Shown one piece after another: positions 50,267 to 60,546 of a stretch of 64,000 bases of DNA. The stretch's first letter is position 1. Every line of letters begins with the position of its first letter. Under the pieces are notes generated by a model. It made no database searches. It was not told where the DNA came from and saw nothing but the letters and a program-made list of their open reading frames with translations. This stretch comes from an uncultured Planctomycetaceae bacterium (GTDB lineage: Bacteria; Planctomycetota; Planctomycetia; Planctomycetales; Planctomycetaceae): positions 32,001-96,000 of the forward strand of contig CAWFGE010000022.1 of the NCBI GenBank assembly GCA_963815195.1, read 5' to 3'. The translations under genes were made by a program, and so were the position numbers.

Positions 50267-51649
50267 ATGACCGCTCGGTTTGCCGGTTCGCGAACGCTCG
50301 ACGAACGCCGACGCCGACGGCTGGCAAGCAACGAGTCGGAACGTTCGCCGGGGTCCGCTTCGGGGAAATCTTCGCCGTCCGAGCCGGATGAACCGGCGGA
50401 AGCCGAAGTCAAGATCACGCATTTCCCGCTCCGCAAAGTCATCTCGCCGAAGGGCTGGAAGATTTCGCTCGTGGGGGCGTTGGTGTTCCTGGCGGGGGCG
50501 GGGATTCTCGCCGCGTCCTTGAGCACGGCCGATTCCCGCACGCTCGGTCCCGGCTGGACGCGGCTGGTGCATCCCCACGGCGGGGCATTGGCCCGGATGT
50601 TTCACGCGGCCGTGCTCCTCTTCAGCGGGCAGACAGCCCTATTGATCTGGTGGGCGCGCTCGCAAAGCCTGCGGGACTTCGGCGGGCGGTATCACCTCTG
50701 GCTGTGGTCGGCGGTCGGGTCGATGCTCGCCGCCGGCAGTTTGGCGGGCGATTGGCATTGGGCCTGGAGCGACACGATCTGCTGGCTGTGGTCGGCCCGG
50801 TTTCCCCAGCGGGACGTGCTGTGCTGGATGGTTCCCGGCTTGATTCTCGCCGGTATCTTGTGGCGGAAGCTCCGCGCGGACATGCGGGACTCGACGGCGA
50901 GTTCGCTGCTGCTTTGGCTTTCCGCGGCCGCGTGCCTGGGGGCGTGCCTGTTTCGCCTGGGAATCGACCGCACGGGCTGGGACGATCCCGCCCGGCAATT
51001 CAGCGGAGCCTGCCTCCAAATGCTGACCTGCACCGCGCTGTTCGTGAGCTTTTTGGTTCACGCGCGATTTGTGATCCACATTTCCGCCGAGCCGCCGATC
51101 TATCGGCCTTCGCTTTGGGCCCGATGTTTCCAAGGCATCAAAACCCTCATCGGCCGACTTCCCAGGCCCAAACTGAAAACGCCGGTGCTGTGGAAACGGA
51201 AAACGGACCCAACCTCAAACGCCGCCAGCGGTCAAGCAAAACAAAACGGGGGCAACCAGCCCGCGAAAAAACGTTCCGAAAAATCACCAGCGAATCCGAA
51301 GGCAAAACCCGCTGCCGCGCCGGCCACCAATGAGGCCAAAGTGCAAACTCCGAAAACGGCGGCCGAACCTCAAGAGCCAGCCAAAGAATCCGAGACGGCG
51401 AAACAGCCCGCCAAACCCCAGGCCTCAAAATCCGCGCCTCCGCCGGCGGAAACAAAACCGGCCAGCCGACCCGAACCCACATCCGCCCAGCCCACCACAG
51501 CAGAGGAAAACCCCGCGACCGCTCCCGGCGGCAAGACGCCAGAACTCCGCGTGGACCAACCGCTCGATCCCGACGTACTCAAAGGTCTGAGCAAAAAGGA
51601 ACGCCGCCGGCTCCGCAAACAGCATCGCGACGCCCAACGCAGCGTCTAG
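50267..51649 (+). CDS. Hypothetical multi-pass membrane protein with Pro/Lys/Ala-rich cytoplasmic tail
   Basis: About 6 TM segments, a low-complexity linker and a basic C-terminus (GLSKKERRRLRK). Confidence 0.7.
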   Translation: MTARFAGSRTLDERRRRRLASNESERSPGSASGKSSPSEPDEPAEAEVKITHFPLRKVISPKGWKISLVGALVFLAGAGILAASLSTADSRTLGPGWTRLVHPHGGALARMFHAAVLLFSGQTALLIWWARSQSLRDFGGRYHLWLWSAVGSMLAAGSLAGDWHWAWSDTICWLWSARFPQRDVLCWMVPGLILAGILWRKLRADMRDSTASSLLLWLSAAACLGACLFRLGIDRTGWDDPARQFSGACLQMLTCTALFVSFLVHARFVIHISAEPPIYRPSLWARCFQGIKTLIGRLPRPKLKTPVLWKRKTDPTSNAASGQAKQNGGNQPAKKRSEKSPANPKAKPAAAPATNEAKVQTPKTAAEPQEPAKESETAKQPAKPQASKSAPPPAETKPASRPEPTSAQPTTAEENPATAPGGKTPELRVDQPLDPDVLKGLSKKERRRLRKQHRDAQRSV

Positions 51650-51663
51650 CGGACGTCCTTTTA

Positions 51664-54051
51664 CTACTTCATTTGTTCCACCAACCAAAGCACGATCGTT
51701 TTGGCCCGGTCCGCGTCCCCGGCTTTCAGGCGAAACTGATCCGAGGCATTCGCCGTCGCGAACCGCTGTTGGGTCTTGGCGTAGGTTTCTTCCGCCCGGT
51801 TCTCCGAAACCTGCCGGTTTTGCCCGTCCACCAGGCCGCTGATCCACAGGGGCTTGGGAGCGAGCGCGGCTGCGATGTCCGCGGTATCGCTCACGGCGAG
51901 CGCGCCGGGAATCACCGCATCGTGCGGGACATACAAAAACTCGCTGTCGAGCAGCGACCGCCAACTGACCAGCCCGCCGCGGGCCAGCACCACGCCCGCC
52001 AAGTCGTCCTCGAACAACCCCGCGAATAATGCCAACAGCGGGCCGCCGGGCTCCGCCTGATCGGGAGAATTGTCGATGCCCCGCGGCACCCGCAGGTTGC
52101 GTCCGGGCGGATTGACCTTCGCCAACGAGTCTCCCCACACCGCAAGCCGCCGGGGATCGAACTCGCTCCGCGTCCGCAGATACGCCAACAGGGACCTCAA
52201 ATCTTTGAGCCGAGATCCCAGCAGGGTCTGGCCGAGCATCAACTCCGTCGCGGACAGCGAAGTCGCCCAGCTTTGGCGTGCGCGTCCATTTCCGGGCCGG
52301 GTTTCGCCGATTCCCCGCAAATCCGGCAGGCACACCGCCACGCCGTTTTCCAATAAAGCGGAAACCGTCTCCGGCTGCTCTTTTAAGAAGTCGGCTTTGC
52401 CCGATTGAGTGACGATCACGGCCACCGCTTGTTTGCGGTCGGTGGGGTTTTGCGGAGTCAACAACAACACCGGCACGCGAATCTCCCGCTCGCCGGTCAG
52501 CACAAACCGCTCGATTCGCATGCCCGCTTGGGTTTCCGTTTTCGTGTTCGTGATTTTGACGGGATAGGGCGCGACATCGCCGAGTTTGTCCTCCCAGAGT
52601 TTTTTGAGTTGCTCCCGGCGTTTTGAAGCCGGCAGCTTTTCGACTTGCTTTCGGACTTTGGCCAGACGCTCCTCGCTCAACTGGTCGGCGAGTTTGTGGA
52701 CGGGCGTTAAAGAGATATTCGCCGCTGCGTTTCCTTCGAGGCAGAGCAGTTCGGACGCGGGGCGGCGGTCGCGGGATTCCTCGTCGGGGATTTCCATCCC
52801 AAACCATTTTTGGAATGCCGCGTGAATTCCCTTGCGGTGCGCCGGGCCGATGTTGTTGCAATGCGAGGCTTTGTCGGAACTCAAGGTGACCGCTCCGTAG
52901 CCGTGGACCGAAGAGATCCGATCGCCCGCCTTGTAGAAATCAAAAATGGCATTCAGCCGCATCCACACGGGGTCGTGTTCGCGGTCCCAAGTAAATTCGT
53001 GCGCATAGATGAGTCCCCGTGGAGCGGTCGCCCCCACGATGACCCAGGGCAGAAAGCCGTCCCGCGCGGAGAGCCTGAGGTTTCGCGTGGATTCCCAACT
53101 CCCGCTGCCGGCGTAATTGAAAGCGTCCTCGGCATCTTCACCGAGCCGACCTGTCTCGGGTTGCGGTCCGCCGAAGTTAAACGGGACGACTCCGGCAAGG
53201 CGGGTCTCCAACGCCCCCGTAACGCCCGTGGGATCTCCGCCGCCGGCGACGGCCCCCAACAGAAGAATCCGTTTGGGATCGACGCCCGGCCGGGACAGCA
53301 GCAGATCGACGCCCCGCATCAGATCCCACGCCATCCAGCCGATCAAACTTTCGCCCACGAGATGCAACTGCAAAGCGACGTTATAGCGGAAGTAATAATC
53401 CTGCCGGCTCACGCGGAACGATCCATTGAAATCTTCGGCGGAGCGAAACGGGTGCTGCCGGCGTTCACCGTGGCCGAGTTGATCCATCACCAGCACCAGG
53501 CAGCCGGTGCGGGCCCACATCACGCCCATGTCCTGGAGTTCGTTTTGCGTTTTGGGGTTGTGATGGCTGTGGCAAATCAGAATCCCGGGCATCGAGGCCT
53601 TGGGCGATTCCGGCCGATACAAATTCGCGGTGACCCACAAACCGGGCCGGCTCTCGAAGACGAGCTTTTCGATTTTGTACCCGTCGCCTTCGATCTCGCC
53701 CGTGACTTTGATGGGCAAAGGATTGGGCACCGCCGGCGTTTGCCCCAAGGATTTTCGCAGGGCTGCGATCCGCTTGTCGCGATACGCCTCCCACGCGGTG
53801 CGGGAATCGATCCCCCGCCACAAACGCGTTTCCCGCCGATTGGCCTCCCGCAACCGGGCGCGGGCATCGTCGGACAGCATCCGCTCCCGCTGCGAAGAAC
53901 CCTCTTCGCCCAGCACGTTGGCATTCAGATCTTTCAAAGCCGAGGCGGAAAGTGGCGAGTTTTCCTCGGCCAAGGTGAACCGGGGCATCAGCAAAAGGCC
54001 GCACAGCAAGGTCAGTCCGATTCGTTGCGCTTTGTCGATTGGCCTCAGCAT
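51664..54051 (-). CDS. Secreted two-domain alpha/beta hydrolase (acetylxylan esterase-like)
   Basis: Signal peptide; IEKLVFESRPGLWVTANLY, DQLGHGER, DLLLSRPGVDPKRI; second repeat DLRGIGE..WGDS. Confidence 0.8.
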   Translation of the reverse strand: MLRPIDKAQRIGLTLLCGLLLMPRFTLAEENSPLSASALKDLNANVLGEEGSSQRERMLSDDARARLREANRRETRLWRGIDSRTAWEAYRDKRIAALRKSLGQTPAVPNPLPIKVTGEIEGDGYKIEKLVFESRPGLWVTANLYRPESPKASMPGILICHSHHNPKTQNELQDMGVMWARTGCLVLVMDQLGHGERRQHPFRSAEDFNGSFRVSRQDYYFRYNVALQLHLVGESLIGWMAWDLMRGVDLLLSRPGVDPKRILLLGAVAGGGDPTGVTGALETRLAGVVPFNFGGPQPETGRLGEDAEDAFNYAGSGSWESTRNLRLSARDGFLPWVIVGATAPRGLIYAHEFTWDREHDPVWMRLNAIFDFYKAGDRISSVHGYGAVTLSSDKASHCNNIGPAHRKGIHAAFQKWFGMEIPDEESRDRRPASELLCLEGNAAANISLTPVHKLADQLSEERLAKVRKQVEKLPASKRREQLKKLWEDKLGDVAPYPVKITNTKTETQAGMRIERFVLTGEREIRVPVLLLTPQNPTDRKQAVAVIVTQSGKADFLKEQPETVSALLENGVAVCLPDLRGIGETRPGNGRARQSWATSLSATELMLGQTLLGSRLKDLRSLLAYLRTRSEFDPRRLAVWGDSLAKVNPPGRNLRVPRGIDNSPDQAEPGGPLLALFAGLFEDDLAGVVLARGGLVSWRSLLDSEFLYVPHDAVIPGALAVSDTADIAAALAPKPLWISGLVDGQNRQVSENRAEETYAKTQQRFATANASDQFRLKAGDADRAKTIVLWLVEQMK

Positions 54052-54268
54052 GATCTCGGCTCCGCAATGAGAGAAAACGAATTTGCCAAGGGCGGGATTT
54101 ACTCGCCCGATGTAAGCTAAAGTAAAAAACATTCGGCACGGACACAAACGTGGAGACGGAGGGCCATAAGAATCCACGGAAATTCCGCGTGACATCTCCC
54201 CGCAGGATCCGCCTGAAGCAGCAGTTGGTATTATCACGATTCCTGTTCCTGTTTTATGAGGTGTTTCC

Positions 54269-54961
54269 GTGGGAAAGCGTGTTTCGCACAGCGTTTTGGA
54301 TCCGTATTTGTCGAATCCGATCAAGGCCCGGTACGACTGGTTTCCAATTCCAAAACGGCTGCCGCCGGAGGCGATCGTGGTCGCGGGGCATCTCCTCGCC
54401 GCGGCGGGTGCGGTGGGGTTTGCGTTTTCCACGAGATTCTGGTGGGGCGGACTTTTGGCCGCGTGCGGCGTGGCTTTGAGCCACATCGCCGACCTCTTGG
54501 ACGGCACGCACGCCCGCCGGACCGGCCAATGCCGAAACGGCGGCGAGCTGCTCGACCACTTCTTGGACCCGCTTTCGTTCTCGTACCTTTTGATCGGGCT
54601 ATGCGTGTCCTGCGGGCGATGGGACCTCGCCGTGGCCGCGGTTCTGTGTCTGTATGCCACGGCCGTGTTGACCAACATCAAAGCCAAAATGATCGGCGAA
54701 TTCACGCTGGCGAGCTTCGGGCCGACGGAGTTCAAAACCCTGCTCGTCGTTTACGGACTGTTGCAATCGATTTGGCAAAGCCTGGCCGAGCCGGCGGTGT
54801 CTTCGACGACCATCGCGGTTTGGTTCGTCGGCCTTTTGCTGAGCGTGGGGGTGATCCAGTTGGCGTATCAGTTGGTCCGGTCCGTAATCGAGGTCAACCG
54901 CGACGGCGCGCCCCCGGACACCACGGAATGGATTTCCCGCGGCCAAACTCCGCAGCGTTAA
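54269..54961 (+). CDS. CDP-alcohol phosphatidyltransferase family protein
   Basis: Signature DLLDGTHARRTGQ..GELLDHFLD. Confidence 0.9.
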   Translation: MGKRVSHSVLDPYLSNPIKARYDWFPIPKRLPPEAIVVAGHLLAAAGAVGFAFSTRFWWGGLLAACGVALSHIADLLDGTHARRTGQCRNGGELLDHFLDPLSFSYLLIGLCVSCGRWDLAVAAVLCLYATAVLTNIKAKMIGEFTLASFGPTEFKTLLVVYGLLQSIWQSLAEPAVSSTTIAVWFVGLLLSVGVIQLAYQLVRSVIEVNRDGAPPDTTEWISRGQTPQR

Positions 54962-55147
54962 TGCCAGGGCCCCGCTAAAGAACTGTAAACGCGGCGAAAC
55001 ACCGTTTCCGAATGGAAACCCGCCCGCCCCCGCTCCTTTTCGCAAAAATTCCGGATCGCGGGCCGGAACGCCACCACCGAATCGGCACGCGGTATGCACA
55101 CGAACCAACGGATTGACACCTCTCCCAAACTTTGCGAGTCATACCTC

Positions 55148-55624
55148 ATGCCTTCCCGACGTTCGCGGCTCTTCCTTCTGTTCCTCGCCCTCGCGTCTTC
55201 CTCGTTTCTTGGTTGCGGATTGGCTCGGCCGTCCAAGCTGTTGGGACGCTGGTACAACGGCGACGTTTCCATCCGGTTCCGCGAAAATGGATCGGTGCTC
55301 TACAATTCCCAAAATACGGGATTGGTGGAAGGCATCTATCGCTACGATTCTTCCGCGCTGCCGATTGCCAGCACCAAGCCGGTGAAAAATCTCACCCTGT
55401 GGCTGCCCCAGCCGGGGACGACCCTGGTGCTGGATTTCGAGCTGCGGTATCTTGGCGATCAGCGCATCCAAATCCGGCCGATCTTTGAAAAGTCCGACGC
55501 GCCCCAAGACCCCGCCGCCCTCGCCGCCTTGGGGGTCATCTTGAAAAAAGCCGCTTCGGACGCTCCCAACACGGATGGATTGGACACGGCCCCCCCGATC
55601 GCCTCGGCAAACCCAGCCCGCTAA
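55148..55624 (+). CDS. Hypothetical lipoprotein
   Basis: Lipobox FLGC and LLGRW motif. Confidence 0.65.
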   Translation: MPSRRSRLFLLFLALASSSFLGCGLARPSKLLGRWYNGDVSIRFRENGSVLYNSQNTGLVEGIYRYDSSALPIASTKPVKNLTLWLPQPGTTLVLDFELRYLGDQRIQIRPIFEKSDAPQDPAALAALGVILKKAASDAPNTDGLDTAPPIASANPAR

Positions 55625-55913
55625 CCGCCGCCAATCCGTCGATTTCCAGACAACTCTCCAAGCCCGTTTTTGCGCCCGTTGCGGCAGCAAAGCGGGCATT
55701 TTGCATGGAATGGCGCAATTTAGGCGATCTTGGAATGCCCATTTCTTCGGCACAATCGTTAAAACCGGCACAAATCCGAAAATCGTTTTGAGATTTGAGC
55801 GGGTTTGTCCGATGTTTGAGGACAGCCAATGGTCTCCCTCGCCAGGAGGAGGTCTCGGGTGGTTGAGGCTTCGGGTGGCGGGGGTGGGATTTTTTCTTTG
55901 GGGAGCCGTCGTC

Positions 55914-57672
55914 GTGCCTGCGATTCGGAATCTTTTTGCGAAATCGGTGTTGGGATTGGCGATGGCCGGTCTGGGATCGGTGGCTTCCGGGCAGACGCCC
56001 CCATCGGCGCAGCAGACGCCGCGCGGGTGCGCCGCGGGTGACGCCGCCTGTCACGCAAATGCCGCGGTCCGCGCAACTGCCGCCCGTCGGGCAACCGCAG
56101 TTTCCTGCAGCGTACGATGCGGGACAGACGCCCCGGTCCGCGCAGGTGCCTGCGTTTCCGGCGGACACCGTGTTCACCGCTCAGCCCCATCCGACAGCTT
56201 CGGCCGCGTTAAAGGCTAAGGTCAACAACCTCGTCGAAGAGGTCCTGACCACCGAGGTCGAAATCGAAGTCACCAAACGCCGGGCCAAGATCCTGAGGAT
56301 GAAGCAGCCCGTGTTCCGCACCGCGATCGCCGACCCCACGCTCGTCGAGATCGTGCCCTTCGGCACCCGCGAGATCGAACTCATCGGCCGCGAGACCGGC
56401 AGCACGACCGTCACGGTCTGGACCGGCACGGAAGCCAACCCGCAGCTGCTCACCGTGCTCGTCACCGTCACCAAGGACGACGCCGTCGATGCCATGCGCC
56501 GCTTGGAATACAGCGAACTGCAGGACATGATCAACGAGTTTTTCCCCAACAGCCGGGTGCAGTTGATCCCGATCGCGAACAAAGTCATCATCCGCGGCCA
56601 GGCCCGCGACGAGGAAGAAGCCACGCAGATTCTATCCATCCTGCGGGCGAACTCCGGCGGCCAGAACTCGGCCCTCGGCGGCGGCGGACAGACGGTCGCC
56701 GACGGAGCGGTCGCCGACGCCTTCCCCGAAGCCTCCGAACTGCCCGCGAGCAACATGATCAACATGCTCGAAGTCCCCGGCGAGAAACAGGTGCTGCTCA
56801 AGGTGCGGATCGCCGAACTCAAACGCTCCGCCGTGCGGACCTTGGGAGCCGACTTCAACATCAACGTCGGCGACTTCGCCTTCAATTCGATCCTCGGAGC
56901 GGGCGGCAACGTGCTGTTGACCGGCACGTTCGATGAAGACAGCTTCAACCTCCTCCTCAGGGCTTTGGAGACCAACGGCTCCGCGAAGATTCTCGCCGAG
57001 CCGAACCTGGTCGTCCTCAGCGGGCGGACGGCGAACTTTCTTTCAGGCGGCCAGTTCGCGGTCCCGACGGTCGTCGGCGTGGGCGGAGCGCAAGCGGCGA
57101 CGACGACCTTCAAAGGCTTCGGCACGCAGGTCTCGTTCTCGCCGACAGTGCTCGACAAGGACCGCATCCGCCTGCAAGTCGCCCCGACCTTCAGCACGAT
57201 CAACCGCAACAACTCGGTCAACGGCATCTTCGGTCTGGACACCCGCACGGCGGCGACCACCGTCGATCTGCGGGAAGGCCAGGTGCTGGCCATCGCCGGC
57301 TTGATCCAGTCGCAGCAGCGCGGCGACATCGCCCGCCTGCCCTTGGTGGGGAACATTCCGTTCTTGAACTTCCTCACCGCGAACCGCACGATCTCCAAGG
57401 ACGAGACGGAACTGATCATTCTGGTCAGCCCGGAACTGGTGCACCCCTTGGAACCGGAGCAAGCCCCGCCGATCCTGCCGGGCATGCAAGTCACCGAACC
57501 CAACGACTTGGACTTCTATATCTACGGCGACATCGAAGGCCGGCCCGACTTCTATCACCGCAGCACGGTCTGGCCGCTGTACCGCAGCCGCCTGAAGCGC
57601 GCCGGCGGCGTGGAAGTCCTGCGTTCGACCGACTGCTACTACGTCGAAGGCGACCACGGCTTCAGTAACTAG
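55914..57672 (+). CDS. cpaC: Tad/Flp pilus secretin CpaC/RcpA (signal peptide separated by frameshift near 56025)
   Basis: TAIADP..GSTTVTVW, QVLLKVRIAE, LAEPNLVVLSGRTANFLSGG, IAGL, LPLVGNIP and ETELIILVSPELV. Confidence 0.9.
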
Positions 57673-57713
57673 GCGAGCGTGGGGCGTAAGCCCCATGATC
57701 CACTCAAATAAGT

Positions 57714-57785
57714 AATAGACCTAGAGCTATATATATAGACAGAAATAATGAAATCGACCTAGAGCTATCTATAGATCCAGAAATA
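57714..57785. repeat. AT-rich degenerate 34-bp direct repeat (two copies, 38-bp period)
   Basis: AATAGACCTAGAGCTATATATATAGACAGAAATA versus AATCGACCTAGAGCTATCTATAGATCCAGAAATA, 29/34 identical. Confidence 0.75.
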
Positions 57786-57828
57786 GACTCACAACTCAAT
57801 CTAGCATATATGTGGTGTCCGATTTGCA

Positions 57829-57902
57829 TTTGCGAAGAACCGGGGCTAGCGCCCTGCGGCTAATGTTTGCGAAGAACCGGGGCTAGCGCCCTGCGGCTAA
57901 TG
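57829..57902. repeat. REP family A, two 37-bp tandem units
   Basis: TTTGCGAAGAACCGGGGCTAGCGCCCTGCGGCTAATG at 57829 and 57866. Confidence 0.9.
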
Positions 57903-57970
57903 TTTTCAAACCTTAAACTTCTAACTTCTAACCCCCGGCCACTGACCCTTTCACAAAAAAGGTTTGTTCC

Positions 57971-58564
57971 ATGAAACATTTCGTGCATGCCAAGTGGGCG
58001 GCCTGGTCCGCGGCGGCTTTGTTGGCGGGCACCTCGCTGGGGTGTTCGCGGTCCGTGACCATGCTGGGCATGGGCGACTTCCATCCAAAACCGATGGGGA
58101 CCTATGTGGACCCGGCGTTTCAGGACATGGAAATGAACGCCGAAGCCTCGGACTTCGTGATCTATCAGCACGAATGGAACGGCGAGACCACGTCGATGAA
58201 CGACCGGGGCCTCGAGCACCTCAAGCGGATTCTGGAGCGGCTGCCCCAGGTGCCGTTCCCCGTGCTCGTCGAGCCGTCGAACATGGCCGTCGATCCCAAC
58301 ACCAAATACCGTTACCCGGTCAACGGCAATCACGCCCTCGACATAGAGCGCCGGCAAGCGATCGTGGACGCTCTCGCGGGCATGGGCTATAAAGAAGCCC
58401 AGGAGCGGGTGTTCGTCGCCCCGGCCCTCGCCGCCGGCTTCGAAGGCTTCGAGGCCGAGCACGCCTACAACCGCGGCTTCAGCCAGTTCGGCAACGGCCT
58501 GGGCGGCTTCGGAGGCTTCGGCGGCTTCGGCGGCCTAGGCGGCGGCTTCGGCGAAGGCTTTTAG
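57971..58564 (+). CDS. Hypothetical lipoprotein with Gly/Phe-rich tail, in the Tad module
   Basis: Lipobox SLGC; C-terminal GGFGGFGGFGGLGGGFGEGF. Confidence 0.75.
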   Translation: MKHFVHAKWAAWSAAALLAGTSLGCSRSVTMLGMGDFHPKPMGTYVDPAFQDMEMNAEASDFVIYQHEWNGETTSMNDRGLEHLKRILERLPQVPFPVLVEPSNMAVDPNTKYRYPVNGNHALDIERRQAIVDALAGMGYKEAQERVFVAPALAAGFEGFEAEHAYNRGFSQFGNGLGGFGGFGGFGGLGGGFGEGF

Positions 58565-58628
58565 CACCAAGTCCGCCGCAGCGAAGTTGGCTTAACGATC
58601 GATCCCTTTCCACCTGATCTCTTCACGG

Positions 58629-59524
58629 ATGAAACTCGCTATGCATGGCCGATCATCTCAAACCGGCGGGGCTTGTCTGGCATTCTTGTGTCTGATACTG
58701 GCCGGTTGCGCGGGCGGTCCGCAACCGGTGGCCGGCACGCCGGAGGAATTCGTCGTGCCCAAGTCCAAAGTGGAAGCTGGGCTCAATGTGGGCCGCATTC
58801 AGGAACGGCAGGGCGGTCTCGTCAAAGCCTTGGAGCTTTATGAAAGCTTGCTGCGGTCGGATCCCGACAACCCGGAGGTCTGCCATCGCTTGATGGTCGT
58901 GCATTCGCGGTTAGGCCAAGCGGAACAGGCCGACGCTTTTTTTCAGAAGGCCGACCGTCTCAAGCCGAACAATGCGGATCTGTATGCGGACTATGGGTAT
59001 GCCTGCTATTTGCAGGGCGATCTGACGAAGTCGGAAGCCTGGCTGCGAAAAGCGAACTCGCTCCGGCCGAAGGATAAGCGAATCACCAACAACCTCGCGC
59101 TGGTGCTGGGGACCGAGGGCGCGGGGAGGAAAGCTTGACCTACTTTCGGCAGTGCCTGGACGATGCGGAGGCCAACGCAAACGTGGGCTATGCTTTGATA
59201 CAACACGGCGACTTCGCCGGGGCCCGCGACTACTATGCCAAAGCCTTAAGCATCAACCCCAAGCTCAAGTCGGCTCAGCATGCCCTCTTGCAGATTGCGG
59301 AATGGGAGCAAGCCAAGCAGAAAAAATTGGCGCAGGCCGCCCAGCCCTCTGCAACACAGGCCGCCTATCACCAGGAACATTTGGAGCCGGAACCTCAACC
59401 GGTCCGGAACGTTCCGCCCCGGCCCATCGTTCAACCGGCCCGGAAGGCTCCACCTCAGCCTGTTGTCCAACCCCGCTTCAATCAAGGGGCCTGGCAACCG
59501 GTCGGCGCGTCGACCATCCAATAA
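58629..59524 (+). CDS. TPR lipoprotein, TadD-like (frameshift near 59119)
   Basis: Lipobox LAGC; TPRs (ADYGYACYLQG, NNLALVLG, ANVGYAL); located downstream of cpaC. Confidence 0.8.
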
Positions 59525-59628
59525 TCCATCGGCACCCTCAAACATCGAACAATCCCCGAAGGATCATTTCGCCTTCGGGGATTGTTTTGTTGTCGTCTTG
59601 TTCGCTCACGAACCGCCATGCCGGCTGT

Positions 59629-60309
59629 TTAGTCCAACTCTTTGATAAACAGGTTGCGGAATCTCAATTCGTGGCCGTGGCCTAGGAATCCGATGTACCC
59701 GGTCGTGTTGAACAGGCCTGGATGTTTTCGGTGGTCGGCGGTCTCGGGTTTGCCGGCTTTTTCGATGTCGGCATCGACGATGACCGTGCCGTTGAGCTTG
59801 ACCTGGATGTGCGAGCCGTTGGCGGTGATCTCTTCCGTGTTCCATTCGCCGGCAGGTTTCAGGAAGCCCCGCTTCGCGGGGACGACGCCGTAGATCGAAC
59901 CGTGGTACTGGTAGGGCTTCAGGTTCTTGTATTGCGGAGCCGAGTCGTCGAGGATTTGGATTTCCATGCCATGGTAGGCGGCGTCTTTGCCTTTTTCGCA
60001 GCGAATGCCGACGCCGTTGTTCCCGCCGGGCTGGAGTTCGAAATCAAACCGGAACACAAAATTGTCGTATTGTTTTTCGGTATAAAGATTCCCGCCGCCG
60101 TTTTTGGGGCTGACCAGCACGCCGTCCTCCACGTTATAGCCCTTCGTCGCTCCGGTCCAGCCGTCGAGGTTCTTCCCGTTAAACAGGGCTCTAAATCCTT
60201 CCGGGGGGACGTTCAATTTGTCTTCTGCTTGGGCGCGGGTTTGCGAAACCGCAGCGCAAAGCACGAAAACAGAGGCGGTTATTTCGAGGAAAGAAAGACA
60301 GCGTCGCAT
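59629..60309 (-). CDS. DUF1080 / 3-keto-disaccharide hydrolase family protein
   Basis: LFNGKNLDGW, NNGVGIR, EIQILD, GEWN and GYIGFLGH..FRNLFIKEL. Confidence 0.92.
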   Translation of the reverse strand: MRRCLSFLEITASVFVLCAAVSQTRAQAEDKLNVPPEGFRALFNGKNLDGWTGATKGYNVEDGVLVSPKNGGGNLYTEKQYDNFVFRFDFELQPGGNNGVGIRCEKGKDAAYHGMEIQILDDSAPQYKNLKPYQYHGSIYGVVPAKRGFLKPAGEWNTEEITANGSHIQVKLNGTVIVDADIEKAGKPETADHRKHPGLFNTTGYIGFLGHGHELRFRNLFIKELD

Positions 60310-60450
60310 GGGGGAACCTTTCGGCGAAGAGGACTGAAGGGGCACCAAACTCGTAAAGAGTTCCGGCATCTCGGTTTAGCAATTCGATTGGATCGGAAAC
60401 CAGCATAACCGCACCGTCCCCCGCCCGGCAAGCGAGAGATTGGGGGAGAG

Positions 60451-60505
60451 TCAAACGCTTATTTCAAACATTGACTTCAAACGGGTGTTTGATACAATTG
60501 TTTGA
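60451..60505 (+). promoter_or_regulatory. Sigma70 promoter with a TetR-type operator between -35 and -10
   Basis: TTGACT(60471)-TCAAACGGGTGTTTGA-TACAAT(60493). Extra half-sites at 60451, 60464 and 60500. Confidence 0.75.
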
Positions 60506-60546
60506 ATTGCTGGTCCCTCTTGTCGATTTTTGCCGAGCCAAACCTT

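Noticed and set aside
54052..54735. 228-aa N-terminal extension of the hydrolase ORF
   Set aside because: It overlaps the CDP-alcohol phosphatidyltransferase on the other strand, and a signal peptide begins at 54051.
55731..55746. Sigma54 promoter for cpaC (TGGAATG-CCCA-TTTCT)
   Set aside because: It deviates at both boxes and I found no supporting upstream motif, so it is too weak to call.
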